Positions 16,284 to 28,618 of a stretch of DNA of 64,000 nucleotides are shown here, piece by piece (position 1 is the stretch's first letter; each line of letters starts with the position of its first letter). A model generated the notes under the pieces. That model searched no databases. It was not told the DNA's origin and saw only the letters and a list, made by a program, of their open reading frames with translations. Both the position numbers and the translations under genes were made by a program. Origin of the DNA: Syntrophales bacterium (GTDB lineage: Bacteria; Desulfobacterota; Syntrophia; Syntrophales; UBA6109); assembly GCA_035366835.1 (NCBI GenBank), contig DAOSIS010000005.1, forward strand, positions 52-64,051, read 5' to 3'.

Positions 16284-17105
16284 ATGGGAATCAAACAGTA
16301 TAAACCCACATCTCCGGGCAGGAGATTCCAGAGCTGTTCGGATTTCGAGGAAATCACCAAGTCCCGTCCGGAAAAGAAGCTCCTTCGCCCCCTGCGGAGA
16401 ACCGGCGGCCGCAACAGCTACGGACGGATGACGAGCCGGCACATCGGCGGCGGGCACAAGAGGATGTACCGTGTGATCGATTTCCGCCGGGAGAAGACCG
16501 ACATCCCCGCGAAGGTGGCGGCCATTGAATACGACCCGAATCGCTCTGCCCGGATCGCCCTGCTGCATTACGCGGACGGGGAGAAGCGTTACATCATCGC
16601 CCCTGCCCAGCTTGCACCGGGCGAAACGATCATCAGCGGTGAGAAGGCGGACATTCGTCCGGGCAATACGATCGCGTTGAAGAATATTCCGCTGGGCTCC
16701 CTGATCCACAACATCGAGATCAAGATGGGCCGCGGCGGCCAGTTGATCCGCAGCGCCGGTTCCTACGGCCAGCTGATGGCCAAGGAAGAGGGGTATGCGC
16801 AGATCCGGCTTCCGTCCGGAGAGGTCCGGAAGGTGTTTCTGGAATGCCGGGCGACGATCGGACAAGTGGGAAACATCGAGCATGAAAATGCGAGCGTCGG
16901 AAAAGCCGGCCGCAAGCGCTGGATGGGGAAGCGTCCCCACGTCCGCGGCGTCGTCATGAATCCCGTCGATCATCCCATGGGCGGAGGCGAGGGGAAAACG
17001 TCCGGAGGAAGGCATCCCTGCACGCCCTGGGGTATGCCGACGAAAGGATACAAGACGAGAAAGAACAAGAATACCGACAAATTTATCGTGAAGAGAAGGG
17101 ACTAG
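16284..17105 (+). CDS. rplB: 50S ribosomal protein L2
   Basis: [14 protein letters not shown]... with [15 protein letters not shown] near the C-terminus. Confidence 0.96.
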   Translation: MGIKQYKPTSPGRRFQSCSDFEEITKSRPEKKLLRPLRRTGGRNSYGRMTSRHIGGGHKRMYRVIDFRREKTDIPAKVAAIEYDPNRSARIALLHYADGEKRYIIAPAQLAPGETIISGEKADIRPGNTIALKNIPLGSLIHNIEIKMGRGGQLIRSAGSYGQLMAKEEGYAQIRLPSGEVRKVFLECRATIGQVGNIEHENASVGKAGRKRWMGKRPHVRGVVMNPVDHPMGGGEGKTSGGRHPCTPWGMPTKGYKTRKNKNTDKFIVKRRD

Positions 17106-17108
17106 AAA

Positions 17109-17390
17109 GTGGCTCGCTCATTGAAGAAAGGTCCGTACATCGAAGAGAAGCTGCTGGAAAAGGTGCGCAAGCTGGAGGCTTCCGGGAGCAAGAGCGTGAT
17201 CAAGACTTGGTCGCGCCGCTCCACGATCACTCCGGAGTTGATCGGGCACACCTTTGCCGTGCACAACGGTAAGAAGTTCATCCCGGTATTCATTACGGAG
17301 AATATGGTGGGTCATAAACTGGGCGAATTTTCTCCGACGAGAACGTTCTTCGGTCACGCCGGCGATCGGAAGACCAAGATCAAGAAATAG
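17109..17390 (+). CDS. rpsS: 30S ribosomal protein S19
   Basis: GTG start; [16 protein letters not shown]...HNGKKFIPV. Confidence 0.95.
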   Translation: MARSLKKGPYIEEKLLEKVRKLEASGSKSVIKTWSRRSTITPELIGHTFAVHNGKKFIPVFITENMVGHKLGEFSPTRTFFGHAGDRKTKIKK

Positions 17391-17427
17391 AAGGCCAGTC
17401 GCTCGTCGACGGGGAGTGGAATCGATT

Positions 17428-17760
17428 ATGGAAGTTCGGGCGGTTTCAAAATATGTGAGAATCTCGCCGCAGAAGGTGCGGCTGGTGGTGGATCTCGTCC
17501 GCGGGAAAAAGGTCGAAGAGGCGCGTCACCTCCTGGCCTTTACGAGGAAGCGTGCGGCGGTCATACTCGCGAAGGTGCTGGCGTCGGCCCTGGCCAATGC
17601 CAAACAGAATCCGAATATCGATGAGCACATCCTGTACGTGAAGAGCGCCTTCGTCGATCAGGGGCCGTCCCTGAAACGCTGGCGGGCGAGGGCGCAGGGC
17701 AGGGCGTTTTCCATTCGCAAGCGGGTGAGTCACATCACGGTCGTTCTTGATGAACAGTAA
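17428..17760 (+). CDS. rplV: 50S ribosomal protein L22
   Basis: MEVRAVSKYVRISPQKVRLVVDLVRGKKVEEA... Internal ATG of ORF 17254..17760. Confidence 0.94.
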   Translation: MEVRAVSKYVRISPQKVRLVVDLVRGKKVEEARHLLAFTRKRAAVILAKVLASALANAKQNPNIDEHILYVKSAFVDQGPSLKRWRARAQGRAFSIRKRVSHITVVLDEQ

Positions 17761-17775
17761 AGAGGGAGGTGGGTT

Positions 17776-18423
17776 TTGGGGCAGAAAACAAACCCGATCG
17801 GATTCAGATTGGGCGGCATCAAAACGTGGCGTTCGCAGTGGTTCTCCGAGAAGGACTATCGCCAAATGCTGCATGAAGACCTGCGGATCCGGAAGCACCT
17901 GAAACAGAAGCTGTACAACGCAGGCGTATCCAAGATCGAGATCGAACGGGCCGCGAACAAGGCGAAAGTCAATATTTATGCGGCCCGGCCGGGGATCATC
18001 ATCGGCAAGAAGGGCGCGGAGATCGAGAAACTCAAGAAGGATCTCGAAAAGGTGTCCACCGGCGAAGTGATCATCAATATTCTGGAAGTCCGCAAGCCGG
18101 AAACCGACGCGCAGTTGGTTTCGGAAAACGTGGCGATGCAGTTGGAACGGCGGGTCGCCTTCCGCCGCGCCATGAAGAAGTGCGTCACCGCTGCCATGAA
18201 GTTCGGCGCCAAGGGAGTCAAGATTCATTGCGCCGGCCGCCTCGGCGGGGCGGAAATGGCGAGGCGGGAGTGGTATCGGGAGGGAAGGGTCCCCCTGCAT
18301 ACCCTCAGAGCGGACATCGATTGGGGGTTTGCCGAGGCCCGTACCACCTATGGTCAGGTGGGCGTGAAAACGCTGATCTTCCACGGCGAGGTGTTGCCGG
18401 GCAGAAACGAGCCCGCGAAATAA
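17776..18423 (+). CDS. rpsC: 30S ribosomal protein S3
   Basis: TTG start after GGAGG; [23 protein letters not shown]... Confidence 0.96.
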   Translation: MGQKTNPIGFRLGGIKTWRSQWFSEKDYRQMLHEDLRIRKHLKQKLYNAGVSKIEIERAANKAKVNIYAARPGIIIGKKGAEIEKLKKDLEKVSTGEVIINILEVRKPETDAQLVSENVAMQLERRVAFRRAMKKCVTAAMKFGAKGVKIHCAGRLGGAEMARREWYREGRVPLHTLRADIDWGFAEARTTYGQVGVKTLIFHGEVLPGRNEPAK

Positions 18424-18493
18424 TGCGTGTTCCTCAGGAAAAGCTGCGGGGACGGTTTGTCCCACGGGCTTTTTGATGAAGGGTCGATAGGGT

Positions 18494-18916
18494 ATGCTGG
18501 CGCCAAAAAGGATCAAGTACAGAAAACAGCAAAAGGGTCGGAGGTCCGGAACGGCCACGCGCGGTCAGACCGTGGCTTTCGGGGAATACGGTCTGCAGGC
18601 AGCCGAATGCGGCTGGATTTCGTCGCGCCAGATTGAAGCGGCGCGCGTCGCGATGACGCGTCACGTCAAACGCGGCGGAAAGATCTGGATCCGTATCTTC
18701 CCCCACAAGCCGATTACCAAGAAGCCCGCGGAAACCCGAATGGGAAAAGGGAAGGGGACGCCCGAAGGCTGGGTGGCCGTCGTGAAGCCCGGTTCCGTTC
18801 TCTACGAGATGGAAGGCGTTTCCAGGGACATCGCCAGGGAAGCCTTCCGCCTGGCGGCCCATAAGCTGCCGATCGCCACAAGATTTTTAGCGAGGGAGAC
18901 GGCGGATGAAGATTAA
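18494..18916 (+). CDS. rplP: 50S ribosomal protein L16
   Basis: [16 protein letters not shown]..., 140 aa. Confidence 0.96.
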   Translation: MLAPKRIKYRKQQKGRRSGTATRGQTVAFGEYGLQAAECGWISSRQIEAARVAMTRHVKRGGKIWIRIFPHKPITKKPAETRMGKGKGTPEGWVAVVKPGSVLYEMEGVSRDIAREAFRLAAHKLPIATRFLARETADED

Positions 18917-19115
18917 GGAAATTCGGGATCTGAGCAGCGAAGAATTGAAACAGAAGAATACCGAGCTGATCGACGAGCTCTTCAAGCTCCGTATGCGTCA
19001 TTCTTCAGGCGGGCAGTTGGATTCTCCCGCAAGAATGGGCCAGATCAGGAAAGATGTAGCACGGATCAAAACCGTTCTCAGGGAAAGGGAGAATCGCGAT
19101 GGCGGAGCGCGGTAA
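18906..19115 (+). CDS. rpmC: 50S ribosomal protein L29
   Basis: [32 protein letters not shown]... Overlaps the rplP end and the rpsQ start. Confidence 0.92.
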   Translation: MKIKEIRDLSSEELKQKNTELIDELFKLRMRHSSGGQLDSPARMGQIRKDVARIKTVLRERENRDGGAR

Positions 19116-19356
19116 GAAGAAGACCATCACGGGGATTGTCGTGAGCAGTGCGATGGACAAGACGATTGTCGTGAGGGCCGAAAGACTGGTCAAACACCTG
19201 AAGTTCCAGAAGTACATCCGCAAGTATGCCAAGTACAAGGCACACGATGAAAAGAATGACTGCCAGGTCGGCGATCGCGTCCTCATCGTTGAGTCCCGCC
19301 CGCTGAGTCGTGACAAGCGCTGGCGGATGAGACAGATCCTGGAAAAGGCAAAATAA
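19099..19356 (+). CDS. rpsQ: 30S ribosomal protein S17
   Basis: 85 aa; ...[26 protein letters not shown]... Confidence 0.93.
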   Translation: MAERGKKKTITGIVVSSAMDKTIVVRAERLVKHLKFQKYIRKYAKYKAHDEKNDCQVGDRVLIVESRPLSRDKRWRMRQILEKAK

Positions 19357-19398
19357 ACGGAATGCGTCGGCTCGTAGGGTCGTCGATGGGGTGTCGTC

Positions 19399-19767
19399 AT
19401 GATTCAGATGCAGACCATTTTGAATGTGGCAGATAATTCGGGAGCCAAGAAGGTTGCGTGCATCAAGGTGCTCGGCGGTTCCAAACGGAGATTTGCCACG
19501 GTGGGCGATGTGATCGTGGTATCCGTCAAGGAGGCCATGCCGAATTCGAAGGTGAAGAAGGGTGATGTTTCGAAGGCCGTTATCGTCCGCACCGCGAAAG
19601 AGGTCAAGAGGCCGGACGGTTCCTACTTGAAATTCGATGAAAACTCCGCCGTTCTGATCAACAACCAGATGGAGCCGGTGGGGACGCGTATCTTCGGGCC
19701 GGTGGCGCGTGAACTGCGGGCCAAGCAGTTCATGAAGATCATCTCGCTCGCCCCTGAAGTGCTGTGA
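19399..19767 (+). CDS. rplN: 50S ribosomal protein L14
   Basis: [28 protein letters not shown]... Confidence 0.97.
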   Translation: MIQMQTILNVADNSGAKKVACIKVLGGSKRRFATVGDVIVVSVKEAMPNSKVKKGDVSKAVIVRTAKEVKRPDGSYLKFDENSAVLINNQMEPVGTRIFGPVARELRAKQFMKIISLAPEVL

Positions 19768-19777
19768 GGGAGACTGT

Positions 19778-20098
19778 ATGCACGCGAAGAAACTAAAGAA
19801 GGGCGATACGGTCAAGGTGATTGCCGGCAAGGAAAAAGGAAAGACCGGCAAGATCATGAAGACGCTCGACAGCAAGGACAAGGTGATCGTCGAGAAATTG
19901 AACATGGTCAAGCGTCACAAGAAACCGGATGCCAAGGCAAAGGGCGGTATCATGGAGAAGGAAGGCCCGATCCATATATCGAATGTGATGTACCTCTGCA
20001 GCAAGTGCAACAAGGGCGTCCGCGTCGGATTCCGTGTTCTCGAGGACGGCAAGAAGGTCCGGGTCTGCAAGGCATGCAACGAAATACTGGATGCGTAG
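19778..20098 (+). CDS. rplX: 50S ribosomal protein L24
   Basis: 106 aa with KOW motif ([20 protein letters not shown]). Confidence 0.94.
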   Translation: MHAKKLKKGDTVKVIAGKEKGKTGKIMKTLDSKDKVIVEKLNMVKRHKKPDAKAKGGIMEKEGPIHISNVMYLCSKCNKGVRVGFRVLEDGKKVRVCKACNEILDA

Positions 20099-20107
20099 GT
20101 CGATGAC

Positions 20108-20647
20108 ATGGCAAGGTTGAAAGAATACTACAAGAGGGAAGTCGTTCCCGCTCTCGTGAAGGAATTCGGCTACAAGAACATGATGCAGGTCCCGAAGATG
20201 GAGAAGATCGTCATCAACATGGGACTGGGCGAGGCGATCCAGAACGTCAAGGCCCTTGACAGTGCGGCGGACGAAATTGCGCGGATCACCGGCCAGAAGC
20301 CCGTGATCACGAAGGCGAAGAAATCGATCTCGACCTTCAAGCTCCGGCAGGGGATGTCGATCGGCTGCCGGGTGACCTTGCGGGGGGACAGGATGTACGA
20401 GTTCTTTGATCGCTTCGTGAATATCGCCCTTCCCAAGGTTCGCGACTTCAGGGGGATTTCTCCGAAGTCCTTCGACGGAAGGGGAAATTTCGCCACGGGG
20501 CTCCGGGAGCAGATCATCTTCCCGGAGATCGACTACGACAAGATTGAGAAGACCAGGGGCATGAACATCGTCATCACGACAACTGCGAAGACGGACGATG
20601 AGGCACGGTACCTTCTGAAAATCATGGGAATGCCGTTTCGCAGCTAG
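20108..20647 (+). CDS. rplE: 50S ribosomal protein L5
   Basis: [39 protein letters not shown]... Confidence 0.96.
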   Translation: MARLKEYYKREVVPALVKEFGYKNMMQVPKMEKIVINMGLGEAIQNVKALDSAADEIARITGQKPVITKAKKSISTFKLRQGMSIGCRVTLRGDRMYEFFDRFVNIALPKVRDFRGISPKSFDGRGNFATGLREQIIFPEIDYDKIEKTRGMNIVITTTAKTDDEARYLLKIMGMPFRS

Positions 20648-20689
20648 CCTTTCCGGGAACGGGTGGAACGGCGCTTCGGAGGAATGGGT

Positions 20690-20875
20690 GTGGCAAAGAA
20701 ATCTTTGATTGCGAAGTCGAAGAGGAAGATGAAGTTTTCGGTCAGGACCTACAACCGCTGCCCTCTGTGCGGGAGGTCGAGAGCCTATTATCGGAAATTC
20801 GATATGTGTCGCATTTGCCTGAGGAATCTTTCTCTGAAAGGGGAAATCCCCGGCGTAATCAAGGCCAGTTGGTAA
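20690..20875 (+). CDS. rpsN: 30S ribosomal protein S14 type Z (zinc-binding, 61 aa)
   Basis: A GTG start gives the canonical 61-aa form (M)[12 protein letters not shown]...CPLCGR...CRIC...KASW. ATG at 20684 is an alternative start. Confidence 0.88.
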   Translation: MAKKSLIAKSKRKMKFSVRTYNRCPLCGRSRAYYRKFDMCRICLRNLSLKGEIPGVIKASW

Positions 20876-20897
20876 ACTCGAACAAGGAGTTCATGAG

Positions 20898-21299
20898 ATG
20901 TCAGTTACAGATCCCATCGCGGATATGTTGACGAGGATCCGCAACGCCAACAAGATGCGCTTCAAGAATACCGACGTGATGCTGTCCCACGTCAATCTGA
21001 ATGTCGCCAAGGTCCTGAAGAAGGCCGGATACATCAGCGGCTATGACGTGAAGGAGAACAGCCGTAAGCAGGACGTTCTGCGCATTTATCTCAAGTATAC
21101 GGATGCGCGGCGTGCGGTCATTTCCAAGATCGAGCGCGTCAGCAAGCCGGGCAGAAGGGTATATGTGAGGGGCGACAAGATCAGAAAGGTCCTCGACGGC
21201 TACGGCGTGGCGATTGTTTCAACCTCCCGCGGTGTCATGACGGACAAGGAAGCGAGGGCACTCAACGTCGGCGGAGAGGTTCTCTGCCAAGTCTGGTAG
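20898..21299 (+). CDS. rpsH: 30S ribosomal protein S8
   Basis: MSVTDPIADMLTRIRNANKMRF... Confidence 0.96.
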   Translation: MSVTDPIADMLTRIRNANKMRFKNTDVMLSHVNLNVAKVLKKAGYISGYDVKENSRKQDVLRIYLKYTDARRAVISKIERVSKPGRRVYVRGDKIRKVLDGYGVAIVSTSRGVMTDKEARALNVGGEVLCQVW

Positions 21300-21360
21300 G
21301 ATTCGGCATGGCCCGTCTTCGCGGCGGGCTTGTTCCGCATCCGGCTTTGGAGATACGTTC

Positions 21361-21900
21361 ATGTCAAGAATTGGAAAGAAGCCGGTCGAGATCCCGAAGG
21401 GTGTGAAGGTTTCTCAGGGTCGCGACGCAGTCAAGGTGGAAGGACCTAAGGGCGCTCTGACGCAGAAGCTGCCGCCCGGCATCGAAATCCACACGGAGGC
21501 GAACGCGCTTTCGGTCCGCATGTCGGCGGGCGGGAGGCAGGAGGGGGCTTATCAGGGATTGGTCCGCACCCTTGTCGCCAACATGGTTAAGGGGGTCAGC
21601 AGCGGATTTGAGAAGAGCCTCGAAATCTCCGGTGTCGGATATCGTGCGGAAGTCAGCGGTCAAGTTCTGAAACTGAGTGTCGGGTACTCGTCACCCGTGG
21701 AATACAGCATTCCGAAAGGAATCACCGTCAAGGTGGACAAGCTGATCAATATCTCCATTTCCGGAATCGACAAGGAGTTGGTCGGCAGGGCGGCGGCCGA
21801 GATCCGCAGCCTGAGAAAACCGGAGCCCTACAAGGGCAAGGGGATCAAGTACGTCGGCGAGCATGTGCGGAGAAAAGTCGGCAAATCGGTGGGGGCATAA
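21361..21900 (+). CDS. rplF: 50S ribosomal protein L6
   Basis: MSRIGKKPVEIPKGVKV..., 179 aa. Confidence 0.96.
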   Translation: MSRIGKKPVEIPKGVKVSQGRDAVKVEGPKGALTQKLPPGIEIHTEANALSVRMSAGGRQEGAYQGLVRTLVANMVKGVSSGFEKSLEISGVGYRAEVSGQVLKLSVGYSSPVEYSIPKGITVKVDKLINISISGIDKELVGRAAAEIRSLRKPEPYKGKGIKYVGEHVRRKVGKSVGA

Positions 21901-21950
21901 GGATGTCGGGCCCGGCATGGTGAAGGGCTCCCGGAGGATGAGGTAGGACA

Positions 21951-22316
21951 TTGACGACGAAGAGAATGGAAATCAACAGGTTGAAGCGAAAGCTGCGCGT
22001 TCGGGGCAAGATCAGCGGCGTCCTGGCAAGACCTCGCCTGTCCGTATTTCGAAGCGCCCGGCACATCGCCGTGCAGGCCGTAGCGGATGATGTGGGCCGG
22101 ACACTGGCCGCCGCCTCCACGCTGAGCGGGGAAGTGAAGGGAAAATTGAAGGGAATGAAAAAGACCGATGCCGCCAAAGAAGTCGGGAAACTGATCGCCA
22201 AGCGATTGAAGGAGATCGGTGTGGAGCAGGCGGTTTTCGACCGGGGGAGATTTCTCTACCACGGTCGCGTGAAGGCCCTTGCCGACGGAGCGCGGGAAGC
22301 GGGTTTGAAGCTTTAG
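21951..22316 (+). CDS. rplR: 50S ribosomal protein L18
   Basis: TTG start; ...[16 protein letters not shown]...[26 protein letters not shown]. Confidence 0.94.
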   Translation: MTTKRMEINRLKRKLRVRGKISGVLARPRLSVFRSARHIAVQAVADDVGRTLAAASTLSGEVKGKLKGMKKTDAAKEVGKLIAKRLKEIGVEQAVFDRGRFLYHGRVKALADGAREAGLKL

Positions 22317-22354
22317 AAGCAATGTCGTTCCCACAGGAAATCGAGAGGTGATCG

Positions 22355-22855
22355 TTGGATACCGCAGGATTTGAAGAACAGCAGGAACTGCTTGACAGGG
22401 TGATTACCATCAACCGCACCGCGAAGGTCGTCAAGGGCGGACGCCGTTTCCGGTTCAGTGCGATCGTCGTCGTCGGAGACGGCAAGGGGTCCGTGGGGGC
22501 AGGCCTGGGCAAGGCTCACGAAGTTCCGGAGGCGATCCGGAAGGGGATGGAGCAGGCAAAGAAGAGTATGATCAAGGTGGCCGTTCACAATCGCACGATA
22601 CCCTATGAGGTCATCGGTCACTACGGTGCGGGAAAAGTGATGCTGAAGCCTGCCGCGGAAGGGACCGGCCTCATCGCCGGCGGTGCCGTTCGCGCCGTAC
22701 TGGAGGTTGCCGGAGTCCAGAATATCCGCACCAAGTGCCTCGGATCCCACAATCCCCATAACCTCATCAAGGCAACGCTCGACGGGCTCAGCCGGTTGAA
22801 GGATCCGGAAGACATCGCTGGCCTTCGGGGCAGGTCCGTTGCGGATATTGTTTAA
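22355..22855 (+). CDS. rpsE: 30S ribosomal protein S5
   Basis: TTG start; ...[33 protein letters not shown]... Confidence 0.95.
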   Translation: MDTAGFEEQQELLDRVITINRTAKVVKGGRRFRFSAIVVVGDGKGSVGAGLGKAHEVPEAIRKGMEQAKKSMIKVAVHNRTIPYEVIGHYGAGKVMLKPAAEGTGLIAGGAVRAVLEVAGVQNIRTKCLGSHNPHNLIKATLDGLSRLKDPEDIAGLRGRSVADIV

Positions 22856-22870
22856 CGGAAGGGGTTGACC

Positions 22871-23068
22871 GTGGCGAAGATGATGAAGATCACACAGGTC
22901 CACAGTTACATCGGAAGACCGGAAAAGCAGCGCAAGGTGTTGCGGGGCATGGGATTGGGACGGATGCATCGTTCGGTTCTGCTGAAGGATTGTCCGGAAA
23001 CCCGCGGCATGGTCGCCCAGGTCCGGCACCTGGTATCCATAGAGGAAGTTGAGGAAGCGAAGGCATGA
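22871..23068 (+). CDS. rpmD: 50S ribosomal protein L30
   Basis: The GTG start gives (M)AKMMKITQVHSYIGRPEKQRKVLRGMGLGR..., matching the usual L30 N-terminus. TTG 22865 and ATG 22880 are alternatives. Confidence 0.88.
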   Translation: MAKMMKITQVHSYIGRPEKQRKVLRGMGLGRMHRSVLLKDCPETRGMVAQVRHLVSIEEVEEAKA

Positions 23069-23508
23069 ACCTGGGAACCTTGAAAGCACCAGCAGGTGCA
23101 AGTCACAGCAGGAAGCGGCTCGGGCGCGGCGATGGATCCGGGCACGGCGGAACAGCCGGACGCGGCGACAAGGGACAAAGGGCGCGGTCCGGCGGAAAAG
23201 TCCGGCGCGGCTTCGAAGGGGGACAGATGCCCCTGGCCCGCAGGTTGCCGAAACGGGGGTTCAAGAATCCGTTCCGCCGCGAATTCGCGACGGTCAACCT
23301 GGATCAGCTGAAAGGATTTCCTCAGGGGGCTGTGGTGGATGCCGACGCGCTGATCCGCGAAGGGATCGTTTTCGGCGGCGCGGAAAGAATCAAGATCCTG
23401 GGGCGGGGGGAACTCCCCCATCCGTTGTCCATCAAGATGGAATATATCAGCCGCAGTGCGAGGAAGAAGATCGAGGCGGCCGGCGGCACAGTGATCGAGG
23501 TAGCCTGA
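23065..23508 (+). CDS. rplO: 50S ribosomal protein L15
   Basis: [34 protein letters not shown]... Confidence 0.95.
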   Translation: MNLGTLKAPAGASHSRKRLGRGDGSGHGGTAGRGDKGQRARSGGKVRRGFEGGQMPLARRLPKRGFKNPFRREFATVNLDQLKGFPQGAVVDADALIREGIVFGGAERIKILGRGELPHPLSIKMEYISRSARKKIEAAGGTVIEVA

Positions 23509-23509
23509 G

Positions 23510-24817
23510 TTGTTAGACGGACTGAAGAACATTTCCAAGATCCCGGAACTGCAGAAGCGGATCCTGATGTCGTTTGTGCTCCTGGCCGTGTATCGGATCG
23601 GGGCGCACGTGCCGACGCCGGGCATCGATACGACCGCCCTGGCGGCGTTCTTCGATCAGGCGAGAGGATCCCTGCTCGGACTGTTCGACATGTTCGCGGG
23701 GGGCGCGCTCAGCAACCTGTCCGTATTCGCCTTGGGCATCATGCCGTACATCAGCGCGTCGATCATCCTGCAGCTCCTCACCGTCGCCATTCCCCATCTG
23801 GAGAGGCTCTCCAAAGAGGGCGAGGCAGGCAGGCGAAAGATCACGCAGTACACGCGGTACGGGACGGTGATTCTGAGCGTCATCCAGGGATTCGGCATCG
23901 CTGTCGGCCTCGAGAACATGGCGGGACCGACGGGCGTATCGATCGTCATCGACCCGGGCTGGGGATTCAGGATGATGACCGTGATCACCCTGACGGCCGG
24001 CACGGCCTTCATCATGTGGCTCGGTGAGCAGATCACGGAGCGCGGGATCGGCAACGGCATATCGCTCATCATCTTCGCCGGTATCGTCTGTCGCGGTCCC
24101 GAGGCGATCCTCAGTACGTTCCGCCTGCTGTCCGCGGGCGAGATGGGGTTCTTCTTCATCATCATCCTGACGGTCGTCATGATCGCGGTCGTCGGTGTGA
24201 TTGTCTTCATGGAGACCGGCCAGCGGCGGATTCCGGTTCAGTATGCGAAAAGGGTCGTCGGACGGAAGGTGTACGGCGGGCAGTCGACCCATCTGCCGCT
24301 GAAGATCAATACCTCGGGAGTCATTCCGCCGATCTTCGCTTCATCCATCATCATGTTTCCGGCGACGATCGCCAATTTCGTCGACCACCCCTGGATGAAG
24401 ATGGTTGCGAACATCCTCGTACCCGGGAGGGTGGGATACGAGCTCCTGTACGTCGCGTTCATCGTCTTTTTCTGTTATTTCTACACGGCTGTCATCTTCA
24501 ATCCCGTCGATGTCGCCGACAACATGAAGAAATACGGGGGATATGTCCCCGGCATCCGGCCCGGCAAGAAAACCGCGGATTACATCGACGATATCCTGTC
24601 GAAACTGACCTTCAGCGGCGCCATCTATGTCTCTGCGGTATGTGTGCTGCCCAGTATTCTCATCGGGTATTTCAACGTCCCGTTCTATTTTGGCGGCACG
24701 GCCCTGCTGATCGTCGTGGGTGTCGCTTTGGATACGGCGGGACAGATTGAAACGCACCTCCTGACGAGGCAATACGAGGGGTTCATGAAAAAGGGTCGGC
24801 TCGCGAAGAGGCGCTGA
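23510..24817 (+). CDS. secY: preprotein translocase subunit SecY
   Basis: 435 aa polytopic membrane protein, TTG start; ...[12 protein letters not shown]...[13 protein letters not shown]... Confidence 0.96.
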   Translation: MLDGLKNISKIPELQKRILMSFVLLAVYRIGAHVPTPGIDTTALAAFFDQARGSLLGLFDMFAGGALSNLSVFALGIMPYISASIILQLLTVAIPHLERLSKEGEAGRRKITQYTRYGTVILSVIQGFGIAVGLENMAGPTGVSIVIDPGWGFRMMTVITLTAGTAFIMWLGEQITERGIGNGISLIIFAGIVCRGPEAILSTFRLLSAGEMGFFFIIILTVVMIAVVGVIVFMETGQRRIPVQYAKRVVGRKVYGGQSTHLPLKINTSGVIPPIFASSIIMFPATIANFVDHPWMKMVANILVPGRVGYELLYVAFIVFFCYFYTAVIFNPVDVADNMKKYGGYVPGIRPGKKTADYIDDILSKLTFSGAIYVSAVCVLPSILIGYFNVPFYFGGTALLIVVGVALDTAGQIETHLLTRQYEGFMKKGRLAKRR

Positions 24818-24845
24818 GCGCCGCGGGAACCGGGGGATCTGAGAA

Positions 24846-25595
24846 ATGATCATCCTGAAGCAGGCCGACGAAATCGAAAAAATCCGCGCGAGCAACGCGA
24901 TTGTAGCCGAGATTCTCCTGGAACTGAAAGAGCGGGTGAAACCCGGTGTCACGACGCTCGAGCTCAACAGGCTTTCGGAAACGCTGGCGCGCAAGCGGAT
25001 GGCGAAGCCGGCGTTTCGCGGTTACCGGGGTTACCCGTTTGCTCTTTGTACATCGGTGAATTCGGAAGTCGTCCATGGGATGCCCTCGGAGCGCGTACTG
25101 GTCGAAGGGGACATCGTGAGTCTCGATTTCGGAATTTATCACAAGGGGTACTACGGAGACGCGGCCATTACGGTCCCCGTCGGAGAAGTGTCGGACGTGG
25201 CACGCCGCCTGATCGAGGTGACGGGGCAGTGCCTCTATGACGGCATCGAGAAGGCGTCGGCAGGCAATCGTCTCGGAGACATCTCTGCGGCGGTGCAGGC
25301 GCGGGTGGAGGAAAACGGGTTCTCCGTCGTGCGGGATTTTGTCGGTCACGGAATCGGCCGGAGTCTGCACGAGGAGCCGCAGATTCCCAATTACGGCATC
25401 CGCGGCCGGGGCATCGAACTGAAAACCGGCATGGTGCTGGCCATCGAACCGATGGTGAATGAAGGTTCTTACCGGGTGAGGATCCTGGACGACGGCTGGA
25501 CGGTCGTCACCGCAGACGGGAAGCTGTCCGCCCATTTTGAACACTCGGTCGTGATTACCGAAAACGGTCCCGAGATACTGAGCAGGCTGTCCTGA
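24846..25595 (+). CDS. map: type I methionine aminopeptidase
   Basis: 249 aa; ...EVVHGMPS...DIVSLDFG...[18 protein letters not shown]...EPM... metal-ligand pattern. Confidence 0.95.
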   Translation: MIILKQADEIEKIRASNAIVAEILLELKERVKPGVTTLELNRLSETLARKRMAKPAFRGYRGYPFALCTSVNSEVVHGMPSERVLVEGDIVSLDFGIYHKGYYGDAAITVPVGEVSDVARRLIEVTGQCLYDGIEKASAGNRLGDISAAVQARVEENGFSVVRDFVGHGIGRSLHEEPQIPNYGIRGRGIELKTGMVLAIEPMVNEGSYRVRILDDGWTVVTADGKLSAHFEHSVVITENGPEILSRLS

Positions 25596-25628
25596 AAGGG
25601 CCGCCGGCGGGAGATGACGGAAATAGGT

Positions 25629-25847
25629 ATGGCGAAAGAAGAACCCATCGAAGTGGAAGGCCGGGTGATCGAACCTTTGCCGAATGCCATGTTCCGCGTC
25701 GAACTGGAAAACGGACATCGTGTGCTTGCCCACATTTCGGGAAAGATGAGAATGCACTTCATCAAGATTCTTCCCGGAGACAAGGTGACGGTGGAACTTT
25801 CTCCGTACGATTTGACCCGGGGGAGGATCACATACCGCACGAAGTAG
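25629..25847 (+). CDS. infA: translation initiation factor IF-1
   Basis: [41 protein letters not shown]...; 72 aa from the internal ATG. Confidence 0.95.
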   Translation: MAKEEPIEVEGRVIEPLPNAMFRVELENGHRVLAHISGKMRMHFIKILPGDKVTVELSPYDLTRGRITYRTK

Positions 25848-25906
25848 GCGTCGGACAGGGAGCGGGCATCAGGCCCGGCCGCGGCCGGGAGTTGCGAGGT
25901 GGAAAA

Positions 25907-26020
25907 GTGAAAGTCAGGTCTTCCGTAAAAAAGATGTGCGAGAAATGCAAGATCGTCAAGAGAAAGGGCGTTCTGAGGGTCATCTGCGAGAATCCGAAAC
26001 ATAAGCAACGCCAGGGATAG
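25907..26020 (+). CDS. rpmJ: 50S ribosomal protein L36
   Basis: Hand-translated, GTG start: (M)[36 protein letters not shown] (37 aa, zinc-type). Not in the ORF track because it is too short. Confidence 0.92.
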   Translation: MKVRSSVKKMCEKCKIVKRKGVLRVICENPKHKQRQG

Positions 26021-26038
26021 GAAATCAGGAGGTCATCA

Positions 26039-26407
26039 GTGGCACGCATTGCAGGGGTGGATTTGCCGAAGAACAAGAGGATGGAAATCGCGCTGACCTA
26101 CATCTACGGGATCGGCAGATCGAAGGCGAAGGAAATCTTGGCGATGGCCGGCGTGAATCCGGATACCAAGACCGACATTCTGGCCGACGCGGAGATTTCC
26201 GCCATTCGAAATATCATCGACCGGGAGATGAAGGTCGAGGGGGATCTGCGGCGTGACACGTCCATGGCCATCAAGCGTCTGATGGACGTGGGGGCATACC
26301 GCGGTTTGAGACATCGGAAGGGGCTTCCCGTGCGGGGGCAGAGATCGCATACGAATGCACGGACGAGGAAAGGTCCGCGTAGGTCGATCGCAGGCAAGAA
26401 GAAGTAA
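26039..26407 (+). CDS. rpsM: 30S ribosomal protein S13
   Basis: GTG start; [26 protein letters not shown]... Confidence 0.96.
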   Translation: MARIAGVDLPKNKRMEIALTYIYGIGRSKAKEILAMAGVNPDTKTDILADAEISAIRNIIDREMKVEGDLRRDTSMAIKRLMDVGAYRGLRHRKGLPVRGQRSHTNARTRKGPRRSIAGKKK

Positions 26408-26440
26408 CGGCGAATTCCATCAGGGCCTCCGGAGGGTAAC

Positions 26441-26833
26441 GTGGTCAAGGCAGCGAAAAAGACGGGAAAAAAACGGGAGAAGAAGAACATTACGGAAGGT
26501 GTCGCCCACATCCAGTCGACATTCAACAACACGATCATTACGATCACGGACATGAGCGGCAACGTCATCGCCTGGTCTTCAGCGGGGATGCAGGGGTTCA
26601 AGGGGTCCCGGAAAAGTACGCCTTTTGCGGCCCAGATGGCTGCCGAAGATGCAGTGAAAAAGGCCAAGGAGCATGGCCTGAGGACCGTTCAGGTCTACGT
26701 GAAGGGCCCGGGATCGGGAAGAGAATCCGCCCTTCGGTCTCTACAGGTGGCGGGGCTGAAGATCACGTTGATACGGGACGTCACTCCCATTCCACACAAC
26801 GGGTGCCGGCCGCCCAAGCGGCGGCGCGTGTGA
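26441..26833 (+). CDS. rpsK: 30S ribosomal protein S11
   Basis: GTG start; ...[25 protein letters not shown]... Confidence 0.95.
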   Translation: MVKAAKKTGKKREKKNITEGVAHIQSTFNNTIITITDMSGNVIAWSSAGMQGFKGSRKSTPFAAQMAAEDAVKKAKEHGLRTVQVYVKGPGSGRESALRSLQVAGLKITLIRDVTPIPHNGCRPPKRRRV

Positions 26834-26892
26834 GCACGGCCGGGGGTAACGCGATTCCATAACGCTTTCAGAGGATCAATAGGGAGGGTTGC

Positions 26893-27519
26893 TTGGCAAG
26901 ATATCGAGAATCCGTCTGCAGGCTCTGCAGAAGAGAAGGGTTGAAACTGTTCCTCAAGGGGGACCGCTGCTACACGGAGAAATGCGCCTTTGAACGTCGC
27001 GGCTACGCACCCGGCGAGCACGGGCAGATGCGGAAGAAACCCACGGATTACGGCATTCAGCTCCGTGAAAAGCAGAAGCTCAAGAGAATGTACGGAGTCC
27101 TGGAAAGCCAGTTCAAGGGGTATTTCGAGAAGGCGGACAGGCAGAAGGGCATTACCGGTACGAATCTTCTGCTGTTCCTCGAGCGGAGGCTCGACAATAT
27201 GGTTTTCCGCATGGGGTTTGCCAATTCCCGTACGGAAGCCAGACTGCTTGTACGGCACGGACACTTCCGGGTGGGCGGCAAGGCTGTCAACATTCCGTCC
27301 TACCTGGTCAATACCGGCGACGAGATCGAGGTCCGGCAGAAGAGCCGGACGGTGCCGCGCATCGTCGAGGCGATGGAAACCGTTGCGCGGCGGGGCGTTC
27401 CCCAGTGGCTGTCGCTGGATAAAGGGAATTTCAAGGGATTCGTGAAGTCGCTTCCCGCGAGGGATGAACTTACGATGCCAGTTCGAGAACAATTGGTGGT
27501 TGAGCTGTATTCGAAGTAG
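26893..27519 (+). CDS. rpsD: 30S ribosomal protein S4
   Basis: TTG start; [26 protein letters not shown]... Confidence 0.95.
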   Translation: MARYRESVCRLCRREGLKLFLKGDRCYTEKCAFERRGYAPGEHGQMRKKPTDYGIQLREKQKLKRMYGVLESQFKGYFEKADRQKGITGTNLLLFLERRLDNMVFRMGFANSRTEARLLVRHGHFRVGGKAVNIPSYLVNTGDEIEVRQKSRTVPRIVEAMETVARRGVPQWLSLDKGNFKGFVKSLPARDELTMPVREQLVVELYSK

Positions 27520-27565
27520 CCGATCGGATCCATTGCAGACTACCTTACAGTAAGGGAATGTAACT

Positions 27566-28582
27566 ATGCAGAGAAACTGGCGAAGTTTGATACAGCCCAA
27601 GAGGATTGAAATCGACGAGTCGACGAGCACCCGCTTTTACGCGGAGTTCACCTGCCAGCCGCTGGAACGCGGTTTCGGGATCACGCTCGGCAATGCCCTG
27701 CGGAGGATTCTGCTGTCGTCCATTCACGGAGCGGCGATCGTCTCCGTGAACTTCGACGGTGTATTGCATGAATTTTCCACCATTCCCGGCGTCAAGGAGG
27801 ATGTGACGGACATCATCCTGAACCTCAAGGGCGTGCGGCTCAATCTTCACCAGGACGGACCGAGAATGGTCCGCCTGGACGTGAAGAAAGAAGGCGTTGT
27901 GACGGCCGGCGACATCATCTGCGACGAGACGATCGAGATCCTCAATCCCGATCATGTCATCGCCACGCTCACGGGGGATGCCGTCCTGAAGGCGGAGATG
28001 GTGGTGAAGATGGGCAAGGGATATGTCCCCGCCCAGAGGGAGAAGGATCCGGAACAGCCGGAAGGAACGATCAATATCGACGCCCTCTATTCGCCCATCA
28101 AGAAGGTGAACTATACCGTGACCCACGCGCGTGTCGGGCAGGTCGCGGATTATGACCGGCTCGTCCTCGAGATCTGGACGGACGGCAGCGTTCTGCCGGT
28201 CGATGCCCTGGCCTATGCGGCGAAGATCCTGAAACATCAGCTCGATATCTTCATCAACTTCAGTGAGGAAGACGAGGAAGAAGGGCCCCAGGACGGTGAG
28301 AAAGAAGAGAACATCAACGAACTCCTCCTCCGCCATGTCGACGACCTCGAGCTTTCCGTGCGGTCCGCGAACTGCCTGAAGAACGCGGGCATCAACCTGA
28401 TCGGGGAACTGGTGCAGAAGACCGAAGCGGAAATGCTCAAGACGAAGAATTTCGGAAGGAAGTCACTCAACGAGATCAAAGAAATTCTTGCCGAGCAGGG
28501 ACTCGGTTTCGGGATGAAGTTTGACTTTCCGCCCTGGAATGCCAGCGCAGCGGAAAAACAGCGGGACGAAGAAGAAGCGTAA
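27566..28582 (+). CDS. rpoA: DNA-directed RNA polymerase subunit alpha
   Basis: 338 aa; [12 protein letters not shown]... and C-terminal domain [21 protein letters not shown]. Confidence 0.97.
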   Translation: MQRNWRSLIQPKRIEIDESTSTRFYAEFTCQPLERGFGITLGNALRRILLSSIHGAAIVSVNFDGVLHEFSTIPGVKEDVTDIILNLKGVRLNLHQDGPRMVRLDVKKEGVVTAGDIICDETIEILNPDHVIATLTGDAVLKAEMVVKMGKGYVPAQREKDPEQPEGTINIDALYSPIKKVNYTVTHARVGQVADYDRLVLEIWTDGSVLPVDALAYAAKILKHQLDIFINFSEEDEEEGPQDGEKEENINELLLRHVDDLELSVRSANCLKNAGINLIGELVQKTEAEMLKTKNFGRKSLNEIKEILAEQGLGFGMKFDFPPWNASAAEKQRDEEEA

Positions 28583-28618
28583 GACAAGCGGAGCGCGAAT
28601 TCGGGAAAGGAACGTTTC

